64,000 nucleotides of DNA from Candidatus Kerfeldbacteria bacterium (GTDB lineage: Bacteria > Patescibacteriota > Patescibacteriia > UBA9570 > XYC2-FULL-38-9). Location of the stretch: positions 220,272 to 284,271 of the forward strand of contig JACPGJ010000008.1 in the NCBI GenBank assembly GCA_016182555.1, given 5' to 3'. The translations under genes were made by a program, and so were the position numbers. Under the pieces are notes generated by a model. The model was given only the letters and a program-made list of their open reading frames with translations. It ran no database searches and was not told where the DNA came from. Below, in pieces: positions 1 to 9,665 of the stretch; positions within the stretch are counted from its first letter, which is position 1; every line of letters begins with the position of its first letter.

Positions 1-1526
1 AGGCTAGCTTCTTTTTCATTATCGTATAGAATAGGCGCCGTTTGATCTAAGCCCAATTTTTCTAGCACTCTCATCCAAGGATAAGCATGACCTAAATTCA
101 TTTCATACGAACGAGACACTTCATCTTTTACAGTATCTCTATAAGCCGGACGTGCGTGAAAAAGCAATGCATTATTATATGGAGGTCGAAGATTGCTGAT
201 ACTTTTCACCCGTCTATCAATATCATACCATGAATGATTTGACCAACTACCTACTGGAGCATAGCTCTGCGTTGCTACATAACTTGGATGAACATCAAAT
301 AGTTGTCTCGGTTGCTCGCAGTTACTTTGAATGCCTGTTGCTCCATTTATTTCCATGGCATATACTACTGCCCCAGCATTGACTGCTTGAATATCAGAGG
401 AAAAATTCATACCCTCGGGCATCCAGGAATTTATTACAACATCTACTTTTGATGCTCTTTGCTTTAAGACATCATCAATTTCTTGATTAACTTTGTCAAT
501 GAATTGTTGATGCTGCTGTTTAAATATTTCTTGTATAGGAGATGCTTCAATGAATCCAGCAGCTTTATACGTTTTTTCCATTGCTTTTTTCTTTGCGATA
601 GTAAACAAATCAGTAAATTCCCGTAAATTATCTACTACTTCATCTGAAAGTTGAATATGAAAATTCTCTTCTATTATTCTTCTGCATTGTTGTACAAATT
701 CCTGAGGATTTTCTCCAATCACCTCAGACTGAGTGAGCGACCATTGGACAGCTTTACTGAGATGGCCCAAATCTTTCCATTGCGCTTTACCTATAGATAA
801 TAATGTAGCACGCTTTTCTAGCAACGGCAGCATCTCCGTATCCTCTGCATACTGCTGTTGCAAAAAGTCTAAGGTTGTTGCGCATGTGTAAGACAAAGCT
901 GCTTCATCTTTATATATTCTATTAAAACTATCTAACTGTTTCTTATCTGGATCAACAATATGATAATTCACATTGAACCCATTTTCTCGTGCCATATCAA
1001 CAATGAGTTTACCTAGTGCTCCTGATGCACCACCTACATCAATAATTTCAATTGGGTCAGTAGATTTTTTCTCACCCACCCGAATACGTTCTTGATGAAT
1101 ACCAGTTGCTATTGCCAAAATACGTGCGATATCCTCATTGGTAGGCACCCAAAAAATAACCCTGTTTTCAAAAATTTGATATGGGTCTCCACTTTCCAGC
1201 CAATTTTTTGGATCATTTTCGAATTCAGCATAGGAAAGAATCTCATGAGTTGGATCAATCCCGCTCAGAAAAATATTTCTCAATGCCCGTTCAACATCAA
1301 AGCGTAATGTTTCATAATAACGATCAAAAGTATCATCTGTGTGTTCTAACTGTTCTAAGGCAATAATTTTATCATATAGCTGCTCTATACTTGGTAGCAG
1401 ATGTCTGAATCTGGTTTCATTAGTTGTTAGTACATCCAGAGCACTCCGACCAGTTGTTTCAAGCTCCGTAAGCAGAAGTTTTTTGAACTCGGGTGTTCTT
1501 GATTTTGATAATTTAAATTCCGACAT
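1..1526 (-). CDS. class I SAM-dependent methyltransferase domain protein; 3' end runs off the window
   Basis: My translation of the minus strand from the ATG at 1524-1526 stays open to position 1 (>500 aa). It contains a motif I SAM-binding loop IDVGGASGALG followed by an acidic residue; no DPPY/NPPY seen, so substrate unknown. Confidence 0.5.
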   Translation of the reverse strand, partial: MSEFKLSKSRTPEFKKLLLTELETTGRSALDVLTTNETRFRHLLPSIEQLYDKIIALEQLEHTDDTFDRYYETLRFDVERALRNIFLSGIDPTHEILSYAEFENDPKNWLESGDPYQIFENRVIFWVPTNEDIARILAIATGIHQERIRVGEKKSTDPIEIIDVGGASGALGKLIVDMARENGFNVNYHIVDPDKKQLDSFNRIYKDEAALSYTCATTLDFLQQQYAEDTEMLPLLEKRATLLSIGKAQWKDLGHLSKAVQWSLTQSEVIGENPQEFVQQCRRIIEENFHIQLSDEVVDNLREFTDLFTIAKKKAMEKTYKAAGFIEASPIQEIFKQQHQQFIDKVNQEIDDVLKQRASKVDVVINSWMPEGMNFSSDIQAVNAGAVVYAMEINGATGIQSNCEQPRQLFDVHPSYVATQSYAPVGSWSNHSWYDIDRRVKSISNLRPPYNNALLFHARPAYRDTVKDEVSRSYEMNLGHAYPWMRVLEKLGLDQTAPILYDNEKEAS

Positions 1527-1900
1527 TTTGATAGGCTGTTTTGCGAATACTATTAGTGAGAAGATGAATAAATTAATCTAGAATTTTTTTTATTCTACCA
1601 TAAAATCTCATAACTACAAAAGCATATAAACAGAAGGATACAGTAAATAACTAGCCTTGGAGGTCACGATTTTTCTGTTTGTACTACTTGGCAGGCATGG
1701 CAGGACGGCTTTCGAACTTTTGATTGGAAGAAAGCTGTGCCACTGCCTGAATTGGTTATAAAGAATGTAACAGAACTTTGTGCGTTTGTTTAGTAAACTA
1801 AACTAGTTGTTAAAAAATGAGGAGGAAAGGGCTGAGGTGAGGCGCAAACAGGAAGACCGAAGTCGTCTGCTGCACCTCACCCCCTTGCTGATGCTGATGA

Positions 1901-2158
1901 TCAGTTCTCCGTCGCAGCCTTGACCCGCAACGGGAAGATACCAACAGCCAGATAGACCAGCGTCGAACTGACGATTCCGATATCAAGGATGTAGGCCAGA
2001 ATCTGGGTCATGGTTGGTGAAATAACCCACCCCATCTTGAGAATAATCCTCTCGATCATGGTGGCCACGAGCTCGAACATTGGGAAAGTTATAATAACCC
2101 CCACGATAATGGCCACCACGAGACCAACGATAATCAGTACACGAGACTTGCTTGGCAT
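1901..2158 (-). CDS. small hydrophobic membrane protein (2 predicted TM helices)
   Basis: Track ORF 1901..2236 trimmed to the internal ATG (MPSKSRVLIIVGLVVAIIVGVIITF...). Hydrophobic profile only, no homology recognised. Confidence 0.3.
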   Translation of the reverse strand: MPSKSRVLIIVGLVVAIIVGVIITFPMFELVATMIERIILKMGWVISPTMTQILAYILDIGIVSSTLVYLAVGIFPLRVKAATEN

Positions 2159-2367
2159 CAGAACCTCCAGTGAGAAATGTCGCACTCGAGAATCGAGTCG
2201 ACCAAATAGTAAATCATAACCAAGCAGAAAAATCAAGGTTCACCTCAAATAATGGTTCTTCAGGAAAAGTTATGGGTAAAGGTTTAATTTTCCGCAGTGG
2301 AATAAGATTGCGATTCGGTAATTTTGGAAATTCATATCTAAATGTCTGAAAAATTTGGAGTCACTTT

Positions 2368-3537
2368 TTATCGATTTCCTTTTGCTCGATTGTGTGTTTT
2401 GCAGAGCATCTGGCAATTCTTGACCGAAGTAGCACCACCTTTACTCCAAGCTGCTACATGATCAGCGTCCATATCGCCTAAACTCCAAATCTTTTCCTTG
2501 TTGGCATCGTGTCTAAGAGCACAAAGGGGGCAGTTCGATTCTTTTTTCTTTTCGGCTTTTGTTGTTTGTATTTTGTATACTGATTTTTTTGTTGCTTCAT
2601 CAAAAACTCTAACATTCAGCAATTTCGTATCAGCAGAACCTCCTAAGATAAATTCAAAAATACCTTTGCGATTTTTAACATATGGATCGCCATACAGTTT
2701 TTGAACTTCTTCCGAAACCTTTTTTGGATTGTACGATTTTTTATGGTAAGCCTCATACAGTCGCCCCCACTCAAGTCCGCACATCTCGCTTTCTACGTCG
2801 GTAAATACGCTAGAAACCCAATCAATCACACTGTTGAAATATTTTTTCAATTCGGCAATATTTTTATCAAAACGATGACTACTCATGTAGTCTCCGATAT
2901 TACCTTTACTTACCCAATCGAGCGCACATTCCAGAAAATCCTGTCGATTTGCGCTACCTGATACATATGCACTCCATTTCTGAATGTTGGCGTTTTGGCT
3001 ATTGCTAAATTCTTCTTTTCCGAGTGTTACAAATGGCCCAGAATAGACGGCATTTAGTAACTCCTGATTATTGAGCGGGACACCGGCAATATTGATCGTT
3101 TTAAACCACTCTTTTATCTGGCTTTCTGTTCCTTCACATTCATAAATAAGTAATTTTGTTTCCAAAATCTTGGCTTTTTTATCCTTTGCCATCCCACTAA
3201 AATATTGTTCCATACCGTTTTCGTCTTTGATAGCAAATTTGTCAGTCACAAACCGCCCCACACTGGTGATACGCTGTTGCCCATCCAAAACTTCCAGCTT
3301 GTTTTCAGAAACCACATTAAAATAAATCAAACCTATTGGGTAACCTTTTAGTATCGATTCTATAACAGCAATTTCTCTTTTTCCACCATCGGAGGCATAG
3401 ATGTAGTTACGCTGATACTCCGGCTGAATAGTGAGCGAGCCCGCCAAACCGAACAACCCTTTACCTTCCAGTTCATTATAGACAAATCCTTCGCAAATAT
3501 CTTTGACGGTGATATCGGTTTTTAAAGTTGTTTTCAT
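2368..3537 (-). CDS. DUF262 (ParB-like NTPase/nuclease, DGQQR motif) fused to a C-terminal HNH nuclease; GmrSD-like type IV restriction architecture
   Basis: N-terminal [12 protein letters not shown] (ParB/Srx DGQQR). C-terminal [10 protein letters not shown]...[15 protein letters not shown] (HNH His-Me finger). Track start at 3558 is TTG; the ATG at 3535-3537 (MKTTLK...) is used here. Confidence 0.7.
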   Translation of the reverse strand: MKTTLKTDITVKDICEGFVYNELEGKGLFGLAGSLTIQPEYQRNYIYASDGGKREIAVIESILKGYPIGLIYFNVVSENKLEVLDGQQRITSVGRFVTDKFAIKDENGMEQYFSGMAKDKKAKILETKLLIYECEGTESQIKEWFKTINIAGVPLNNQELLNAVYSGPFVTLGKEEFSNSQNANIQKWSAYVSGSANRQDFLECALDWVSKGNIGDYMSSHRFDKNIAELKKYFNSVIDWVSSVFTDVESEMCGLEWGRLYEAYHKKSYNPKKVSEEVQKLYGDPYVKNRKGIFEFILGGSADTKLLNVRVFDEATKKSVYKIQTTKAEKKKESNCPLCALRHDANKEKIWSLGDMDADHVAAWSKGGATSVKNCQMLCKTHNRAKGNR

Positions 3538-3567
3538 CTTATTATTTTTTAAAATCAAAATTAATGA

Positions 3568-4626
3568 CTAATTTTTATCTTTTATTTTTTTCTCTACCTT
3601 TTTTTCTAATTGCGCAAAACGATCGAAATCACTTTCAAATAATTGATCTTGCACAATACGATACCTCTCGAATTCTGTCTCAGCAAACTCCTTGGCAAGT
3701 TCGTGTGCAACTTTGCCCGCATCAGAAAGAATCTCTCGATCTGTCATCCGAATAAATCGATCAAGCCGCTCAGCCCAATCTGCCATCGTCATTGGAATGT
3801 GGCGCGTTGCCATATCTTCCGCAATATCCAGATATGCAGAAACCATACGTTCAAGAGAAAAAAGTTCTTTTTCTGTCAAATAGTTTTTTGCCACAAAAAC
3901 ATCAAATTTTTGAATCTTTCCGTGCGGGGAATCTTTCCAGCTCGTCAATCCCATGTGATCTTTTTCAGCGCTTGCTCGCGACATAATCACTTCAGCTGCT
4001 GTTTGCCCATGAATCGCCCAGTGTAGTTTATTTTGCACGGTTGCAAAAAATTTTTTGGTCGTTTCTGCAGTTTTGTCGTAATCAATGGCCGTTGCATAAA
4101 TATCCGTGATCTTTTGATAGAATTTTCTCTCTGATAATCGAATTTCTCGTATACGAGAGAGTAACTCTTCGAAAAATTGCTTGGTAAGAATGGTTCCGCC
4201 ATTTTTCAAACGTTCATCGTCCATGACAAAACCCTTGATCGTAAACTCTTTGACAATATCGCGCGCCCATTTCCGAAACTGCACGGCTCGCTCGTTCTCT
4301 ATTTTAAAACCAACTGATATAACGACTTGCAAACTGTAGTGGTCTACATTGTATTTTTTACCATCCGTAGCAGTTATTAAGTATTTCTTAATAACTGAAC
4401 TGTCGACTTCGCCATCTTCCATAAGCTTTTTAAGATGCTGATTTACTGCCGATACGGACACACCATAGAGCTCTGCAATTAATTTCTGTGTAAGCCATAA
4501 GTTTTCATCTTCATAACGCAGTTCAACCGCTGTTTCTTGTTTACCGATTGCGGAAACATAAGTCAAATACTCCGCAGCCGATGAACGAATCGTAATGCCT
4601 CTCGTCTTTTTCTTTATTTTTATCAT
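3568..4626 (-). CDS. RhuM family (virulence-protein RhuM / Fic-associated DNA-binding domain) protein
   Basis: N-terminal ENLWLTQKLIAELYGVSVSAVNQHLKKL and the overall RhuM pattern; paralogous to the N-terminal half of 11588..12595. ATG at 4624-4626 checked. Confidence 0.6.
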   Translation of the reverse strand: MIKIKKKTRGITIRSSAAEYLTYVSAIGKQETAVELRYEDENLWLTQKLIAELYGVSVSAVNQHLKKLMEDGEVDSSVIKKYLITATDGKKYNVDHYSLQVVISVGFKIENERAVQFRKWARDIVKEFTIKGFVMDDERLKNGGTILTKQFFEELLSRIREIRLSERKFYQKITDIYATAIDYDKTAETTKKFFATVQNKLHWAIHGQTAAEVIMSRASAEKDHMGLTSWKDSPHGKIQKFDVFVAKNYLTEKELFSLERMVSAYLDIAEDMATRHIPMTMADWAERLDRFIRMTDREILSDAGKVAHELAKEFAETEFERYRIVQDQLFESDFDRFAQLEKKVEKKIKDKN

Positions 4627-4776
4627 ATTATTCTATAGTTGATTAATCACAAGCCATGCCGTCTCACCCTCAATACGCACCTAAATCCGCGGTGCCCCGT
4701 CCGAGCCTTCATAGATAATCATCCCGCCGGAATTATTATTTGTCATAGTATTTTGATCTTGTTTACTCATAATTTT

Positions 4777-5937
4777 TTACTTGTCGCAAATATATTTGAC
4801 AGTAATGTTGGTGTTTAAACATGATTTTAAATAATTCATCAAACAATGTCTTACAATATTTTCAAACCAATACGTGTAAGGTAATTTTTGAGAAGGAGGA
4901 AATTTACGATTATCAATCATCATTCCTAAAGACGGATCGGTATCCCACTTACCAGCGCCATGCATAAACTGACTAAGATACATAGGCTCACCAGAATGCA
5001 AATAACCTGATCGGCTATTATAAATTGTAGCCAAAACATCTGGTAAATTTTTCCTTGTAATCTTTACATGTTTAGCTTTCCAATTTCCACCCCTCAAACA
5101 ACCCTTTGAAAAATCGGTAATAAATCTGATAAATTTCTGCTTTGATTTTTCAATCAGAATTTTATCTTGTTTGTTCACCTTCAATATCTCTTTCAATTGT
5201 TTTTCCTGCTTCTTTGACAGCTTTTTTGATGTTCCAAATAAATTTGAAAACTTTTCGCCATCAAGCGGATTATCCTGCTTGTTCAGTTTATAACCTTGCG
5301 ACAAGGTTTCAATTGCTGAAACTAAACGAATAAATACCATTTCGCTATCCATGCCAACCTCTTTAAGCGATCGTGCATAGTGATAGCAAGCTAGGATAAA
5401 GCTTTGATGTTTTTGGTTATTTAACTCCCGTATCGTATTCAAAAAATCAGATAATCCTTTTGCAAAATTTCTTCCGCCTTCACTAAAAATCCTGGGGTGT
5501 ACACCTTTTACTGTCTTTTTATACAAAAACTCCTGTTCCATTTTTATTTTCAAACCATGATTCGTCAATTCGCCATGATATGTTGCAACGATGTAAAATC
5601 TGCATTGAAAATAAAGAGAAAATATGGCGAGTAATTCGCCAATTATGCCATCTTTAAAATAGTAGCCCCTCTTATCTGCTTTATCATTGTAGCCGCCTTC
5701 ATACTTAGGATATTGAACACGTAACAGGTAGTGATAGAGGCCATTCTTGTCTTGCTCTAAGGAAAAACCACCGCAAATTAATTTTTTATTTTCATAATCA
5801 AGTACGCCAGGTATATAACACTCACTCGCGAACTCATATTCATAATAATACGTTTCATCACTGGATTCAGGTAATTTTTCCACATTTCTAATCCACGCCA
5901 TTCGATTGTCATTATGTTTATTTAATTCATTTGCCAT
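4777..5937 (-). CDS. hypothetical protein; candidate restriction endonuclease partner of the adjacent MTase
   Basis: 386 aa, no recognisable motif. Ends 22 nt upstream of the start of... i.e. immediately downstream (same strand) of the EcoRI-family MTase, the classic R-M gene arrangement. ATG verified at 5935-5937. Confidence 0.35.
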   Translation of the reverse strand: MANELNKHNDNRMAWIRNVEKLPESSDETYYYEYEFASECYIPGVLDYENKKLICGGFSLEQDKNGLYHYLLRVQYPKYEGGYNDKADKRGYYFKDGIIGELLAIFSLYFQCRFYIVATYHGELTNHGLKIKMEQEFLYKKTVKGVHPRIFSEGGRNFAKGLSDFLNTIRELNNQKHQSFILACYHYARSLKEVGMDSEMVFIRLVSAIETLSQGYKLNKQDNPLDGEKFSNLFGTSKKLSKKQEKQLKEILKVNKQDKILIEKSKQKFIRFITDFSKGCLRGGNWKAKHVKITRKNLPDVLATIYNSRSGYLHSGEPMYLSQFMHGAGKWDTDPSLGMMIDNRKFPPSQKLPYTYWFENIVRHCLMNYLKSCLNTNITVKYICDK

Positions 5938-5958
5938 AAAATTTTTATCTCCAAAAAG

Positions 5959-7083
5959 TTATTTTTTCTTGTGTTTGATAAAAATTCGTTTGTACTGCTT
6001 TTTACCGTTTACATATGGCTCATTATGTTTTTTGAAATGTGGTAATTTGTATTTTTCATCAACTGCACCATTATCACTTGCTCCAAGAACTTCAAACTGA
6101 TCAGGGTTATATTTATCTAAAAAAGTAATCGGCACACCCATTACACCTTTGTAATCACTTGGTATTGAATCAGTAAAAGGCACTTCTATGGCATCATAAT
6201 TGTCATAATGATCGTACGACTCTTTGCCCTTTATTTCTTTGTGTTTGCTATATTTCAAATTCTCCCCCATGGTCATAAGTGGCAATGGTTGATGACGACG
6301 TCCGTGGTCAAGATTAGTAAGCCATAAACAACTATTAGTGGCAACAATTCTATCGCCATTTTCATCTATTCTAGCTTCTGTTCCATACAAATCGTAGGAT
6401 TTAGGTACAATAAATCCAGAAATCCATCTTCCCATTCCATTACCAAGCCATATTTCATTATTTTTAATTTTTTGAAATACTTCTTTATAAGTTATGCAAT
6501 TAATATTTCCAATAATTAAAAACTTTTTGTTGTAATCAAAAAGTTGCTTCACATACTCACGAAACAGACTGAACGGTGGGTTTGTTACAACAACGTCGGA
6601 TTGTTTAAGTAGATCTACACATTCATCGCTACGAAAATCGCCGTCACCCTCTAGGGGCGTCCACTCGTTATGTTTGTTTGCCTTTAACTGCTTGGCAACA
6701 TCCTTCAAGTTGAACTCACCATCGCCATCGATGTCGCCCACTTCGTTGATAATAAATTTGTTGGCATTTATCTTCGGACGCCCTTTTGATTTTATGAGAG
6801 TTTTATCATCACCAAACAACCCTAGTTGCGTGTTGGCTACGGGCGAGGGTTTGTAGCTGGTGGTGATAAGCTGTTTTAATCCAAGCTTGTTGAAATTGAG
6901 CACGAAATAGCGAAAAAAATTGCTCTCAAACGGATCGTCGCAGTTGCAATACACTACCTTGCCACGGAATACATCGGCGTTGTATTCCAAATACGCTTCA
7001 ATCTCTTTTTGAATATCAATATATTGAGTATAAAACTCATCATTCTTTGCTCGTTTTGCATTTGTAAGGTTATTGTTTGCCAT
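5959..7083 (-). CDS. N6-adenine DNA methyltransferase, EcoRI-methylase family
   Basis: N-terminal KNDEFYTQYIDI (DEFYT signature of the EcoRI_methylase family) and VVTNPPF (motif IV NPPF). ATG at 7081-7083. Confidence 0.75.
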   Translation of the reverse strand: MANNNLTNAKRAKNDEFYTQYIDIQKEIEAYLEYNADVFRGKVVYCNCDDPFESNFFRYFVLNFNKLGLKQLITTSYKPSPVANTQLGLFGDDKTLIKSKGRPKINANKFIINEVGDIDGDGEFNLKDVAKQLKANKHNEWTPLEGDGDFRSDECVDLLKQSDVVVTNPPFSLFREYVKQLFDYNKKFLIIGNINCITYKEVFQKIKNNEIWLGNGMGRWISGFIVPKSYDLYGTEARIDENGDRIVATNSCLWLTNLDHGRRHQPLPLMTMGENLKYSKHKEIKGKESYDHYDNYDAIEVPFTDSIPSDYKGVMGVPITFLDKYNPDQFEVLGASDNGAVDEKYKLPHFKKHNEPYVNGKKQYKRIFIKHKKK

Positions 7084-7087
7084 TTTT

Positions 7088-7234
7088 TTATTTCACTAAT
7101 TCATCAACAGAAACACTCAATGCTTTAGCAATCTTTTCTATAGTTGTTAGCGTTGGATTTTTCTTTGCACTCTCAATATTGCTAATATAAACTCGATCAA
7201 GGCCTATATCTCTGCAGATATCACTTTGGAACAT
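7088..7234 (-). pseudogene. 5'-truncated XRE-family HTH (R-M controller/C-protein-like) remnant
   Basis: Only helices 2-3 and the C-terminal part of an XRE HTH remain (ICRDIGLDRVYISNIESAKKNPTLTTIEKIAKALSVSVDELVK). The upstream in-frame sequence is the tRNA-Trp gene, so the N-terminus cannot be coding. Confidence 0.45.
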
Positions 7235-7245
7235 GTACTGAAATG

Positions 7246-7316
7246 CAGGGGTGGTCGGAATCGAACCGACAGTATTCGCTCTGGAGGCGAGTGGTTTGCC
7301 ACTAACCGACACCCCT
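7246..7316 (-). tRNA. trnW: tRNA-Trp (anticodon CCA)
   Basis: Cloverleaf folded by hand from the minus strand: acceptor AGGGGTG/CACCCCT, D arm GGTT/AACC, anticodon loop CUCCAGA, T arm GTCGG-TTCGATT-CCGAC. No encoded CCA. Confidence 0.8.
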
Positions 7317-7360
7317 ATACGACTAAAGTAAAAATAGTATAGCGCCGTTTCCTCTATCGT

Positions 7361-7804
7361 TCAAGCCTGGGGAAGTTGCATCAAGCTCTGTAAATCTTTC
7401 ACGGTTTTTTGTACTGCTGCATCGTCTAGTGTCACCAACTGCTGAGCCACACTTTGGGCAACGCCTGCGGTTTTCATATCACCCGGGCGGCGCGGCAAAA
7501 TATGAATTTCTAAGTGATCTTTTTGTGCTTGCTCTGGTGTGCCATCATTCATCAACATGGTAAAACCGAAGGCTTGGGTTAACCGCATGGCCCAAAAAGT
7601 CACCTTCTTCAATAAATACCCGAACTCTTCAATATCATCTGGCGTGAAACTATAAAAATGCGGATCGTGCCGCTTTGGAATGACAATCACATGCCCGTCA
7701 CCAAATGTTTCGCGTGCAACAATGACTCGAAACAATTTTGTTTCATAAAATTGCTCTGGTGGCGGTGGAGCATCGAAACAGTAGCGACAAGCATTCTGAT
7801 TCAT
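7361..7804 (-). CDS. HIT family hydrolase (histidine triad)
   Basis: DHLEIHILPRR histidine-triad motif near the C-terminus of a 147-aa protein. Confidence 0.75.
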   Translation of the reverse strand: MNQNACRYCFDAPPPPEQFYETKLFRVIVARETFGDGHVIVIPKRHDPHFYSFTPDDIEEFGYLLKKVTFWAMRLTQAFGFTMLMNDGTPEQAQKDHLEIHILPRRPGDMKTAGVAQSVAQQLVTLDDAAVQKTVKDLQSLMQLPQA

Positions 7805-7813
7805 TGCTGTATA

Positions 7814-7963
7814 TTATTTTGTTTCTTTGTGGAGCGTATGTTTCTTGCAATACTTGCAGTACTTGTTTTTCTCTAAACGGGGAAGCCGTTTCTTTTTGAA
7901 ATCGTAGTACGTGCGTTGCTTACACACCGTGCATTCCAGTTTAATCAAATTTTCTTGTGACAT
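7814..7963 (-). CDS. rpmG: 50S ribosomal protein L33
   Basis: 49 aa, not in the ORF track (<60 aa): [49 protein letters not shown], with two CxxC zinc-ribbon pairs, a typical L33. Confidence 0.85.
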   Translation of the reverse strand: MSQENLIKLECTVCKQRTYYDFKKKRLPRLEKNKYCKYCKKHTLHKETK

Positions 7964-7991
7964 ATCTCTTATTAGTTAATACTCTCTTGTG

Positions 7992-8063
7992 AGCCGAAGA
8001 GAGGACTCGAACCCCCAACCAACGGTTTACAAAACCGCTGCTCTACCATTGAGCTACTTCGGC
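7992..8063 (-). tRNA. tRNA-Thr (anticodon UGU)
   Basis: Acceptor GCCGAAG/CTTCGGC, D arm GCTC-AATGGTA-GAGC, anticodon stem GCGGT/ACCGT with loop UUUGUAA, T loop TTCGAGT. Confidence 0.8.
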
Positions 8064-8096
8064 AGGCGCGGTATGCACCTTGGACAAAAAGTCCGG

Positions 8097-8180
8097 TGGG
8101 CCGGGAGGGATTTGAACCCCCGAAGGCGCAAGTCCATCTGGTCTACAGCCAGATCCATTTGACCACTTTGGTACCGACCC
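8097..8180 (-). tRNA. tRNA-Tyr (anticodon GUA), long-variable-arm type
   Basis: Acceptor GGGTCGG/CCGGCCC, anticodon stem TCTGG/CCAGA with loop CUGUAGA, 15-nt variable arm, T loop TTCAAAT, discriminator A then CC. Confidence 0.8.
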
Positions 8181-8272
8181 AAATAGCACACTAACGGCGC
8201 ATGCATAAACACAGCGGGTGTTGTTCACACCTTTTTGTGCATGACTTACTATAGAATATTTACGGAAAATGG

Positions 8273-8821
8273 TCAATAGCGCAATAATCGCTTAAATTGC
8301 TCCAACGTATTGGCCTGTTTCATACGAAATATTTCTAGAGCCAAGGAGCGACCAGCAAACTGCGCGCTTGTTGCAATATCAATAAATTCATCAAAGGAAA
8401 CTGCGCGTGTACTTATTTTCTCGCCGGGGTCTAATTGCGGTTCACCGGTTTGCTGGCAACCACTGGCAATATAGATAGAAATTTTCCAATCAATTTTATC
8501 GTTTGGTTCAAATACTTTCCAAAGATCCCACTGTTGTGCGGTGATGCCTGCTTCTTCTGCGAGTTCGCGTTGCCCGGTTTGCAAATCTGTCTCCCCTATT
8601 TCTTGTCGGCCGCCGAACAACGTATAGCAGGGTGCTTGCATTGGCTGCTCTTGCTGCGCAATCAAAATTTTTCCGTTCCTTACCGGAATCACTTCGACCG
8701 TATTCATCCGTTTAGCCGCTTCAAAGGTCGCTGTTGTCCCATCAAACAATTCTTGTTCCCACTGATATATATCAAAAATAATTCCGGAAAATACTTTTTT
8801 GGCGTGCGGCGGAATGTGCAT
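8273..8821 (-). CDS. NUDIX hydrolase
   Basis: Nudix box GGRQEIGETDLQTGQRELAEEAGI (GX5EX7REUXEEXGU). Confidence 0.8.
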   Translation of the reverse strand: MHIPPHAKKVFSGIIFDIYQWEQELFDGTTATFEAAKRMNTVEVIPVRNGKILIAQQEQPMQAPCYTLFGGRQEIGETDLQTGQRELAEEAGITAQQWDLWKVFEPNDKIDWKISIYIASGCQQTGEPQLDPGEKISTRAVSFDEFIDIATSAQFAGRSLALEIFRMKQANTLEQFKRLLRY

Positions 8822-8969
8822 AGGTATAATATTACTTGCGAACTTTTACGCGATACACCAGTTTCAACCATGACCATACATCAGCTGTGAATAGCCTGCC
8901 ATATAGAGAAGTATAGCATACATGTAGTATACTATGCAGAGCTATCCAACAGGATTTTCTTAATAGTAT

Positions 8970-9320
8970 ATGATTTTTACAAAAAATTCACGAAAACAAT
9001 TTTTGAAACAGAAAGAAACGGCGCGAGCGCTCGTCCATGAACGCTTACAGTATTTTAATTCCTTATATCAATTCACGTTTCACCGCGTAAGTATTCGAAA
9101 CCAACGGAGCCGCTGGGGCAGCTGTTCGCAAGCAGGCAATTTAAATTTCAATTATCGTATTATTTTTTTACCCGGCGATTTAGTGGACTATATTATTGTG
9201 CATGAACTGTGCCACTTAAAAGAGATGAATCATTCTGCCCGGTTTTGGCACCTGGTTGCACAAACCATTCCCGATTACGCCGCACGACGACGATATTTAA
9301 AAAAAATTCGTATACGGTGA
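8970..9320 (+). CDS. YgjP-like / M48-family metal-dependent hydrolase (DUF45), short form
   Basis: HELCHLKEMNHSARFW (HExxH plus the downstream NHS..FW) typical of the YgjP/DUF45 family; may be N-terminally truncated relative to 230-aa homologues. Confidence 0.55.
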   Translation: MIFTKNSRKQFLKQKETARALVHERLQYFNSLYQFTFHRVSIRNQRSRWGSCSQAGNLNFNYRIIFLPGDLVDYIIVHELCHLKEMNHSARFWHLVAQTIPDYAARRRYLKKIRIR

Positions 9321-9665
9321 TTAACGATCACGACGTGCGAGAATACCAAATTCAAGAAAATATTTCTGCAATTCTTCAAATGAAATATGATGAATATTCT
9401 CTCCATAAAAAAGATCGCACAAAATTTCACGTGTACGACAAATTTCTTTTAGTGTTCCCGTGTTGCGCCAACGAGGATCACCGATACTCAAATCAATCAA
9501 TTCTAGCGCACGGTCAAATGCATTCTGCCACTGTTGTGTTTTTCCACGCTTGTGCCAGGATATTGTTCGTTCTACTTCGCTACCGATATTTCCCAATTGT
9601 TCAGCAACCGTGAACGTATACCACCGATCGGCAGCCAATGTTGAATGTAATGCCGGAATATTCAT
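9321..9665 (-). CDS. hypothetical protein (possible HEPN-like: Rx4H motif ERTISWH)
   Basis: 114 aa; start overlaps the stop of the upstream gene by 4 nt (ATGA). Single Rx4H motif only, weak. Confidence 0.3.
   Translation of the reverse strand: MNIPALHSTLAADRWYTFTVAEQLGNIGSEVERTISWHKRGKTQQWQNAFDRALELIDLSIGDPRWRNTGTLKEICRTREILCDLFYGENIHHISFEELQKYFLEFGILARRDR

Noticed and set aside
7235-7312. N-terminal extension of the HTH ORF as given in the track
   Set aside because: Overlaps tRNA-Trp on the same strand; only 7088..7234 can be coding.
7814-7963. Apparent +1 frameshift in rpmG (L33)
   Set aside because: It came from my own misreading of one line of the sequence. Re-reading groups 7911-7930 (gtgcgttgct|tacacaccgt) gives an intact 49-aa L33 with both CxxC pairs.
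8043-8276. 77-aa track ORF
   Set aside because: Lies entirely across the tRNA-Thr and tRNA-Tyr genes on the same strand; spurious.
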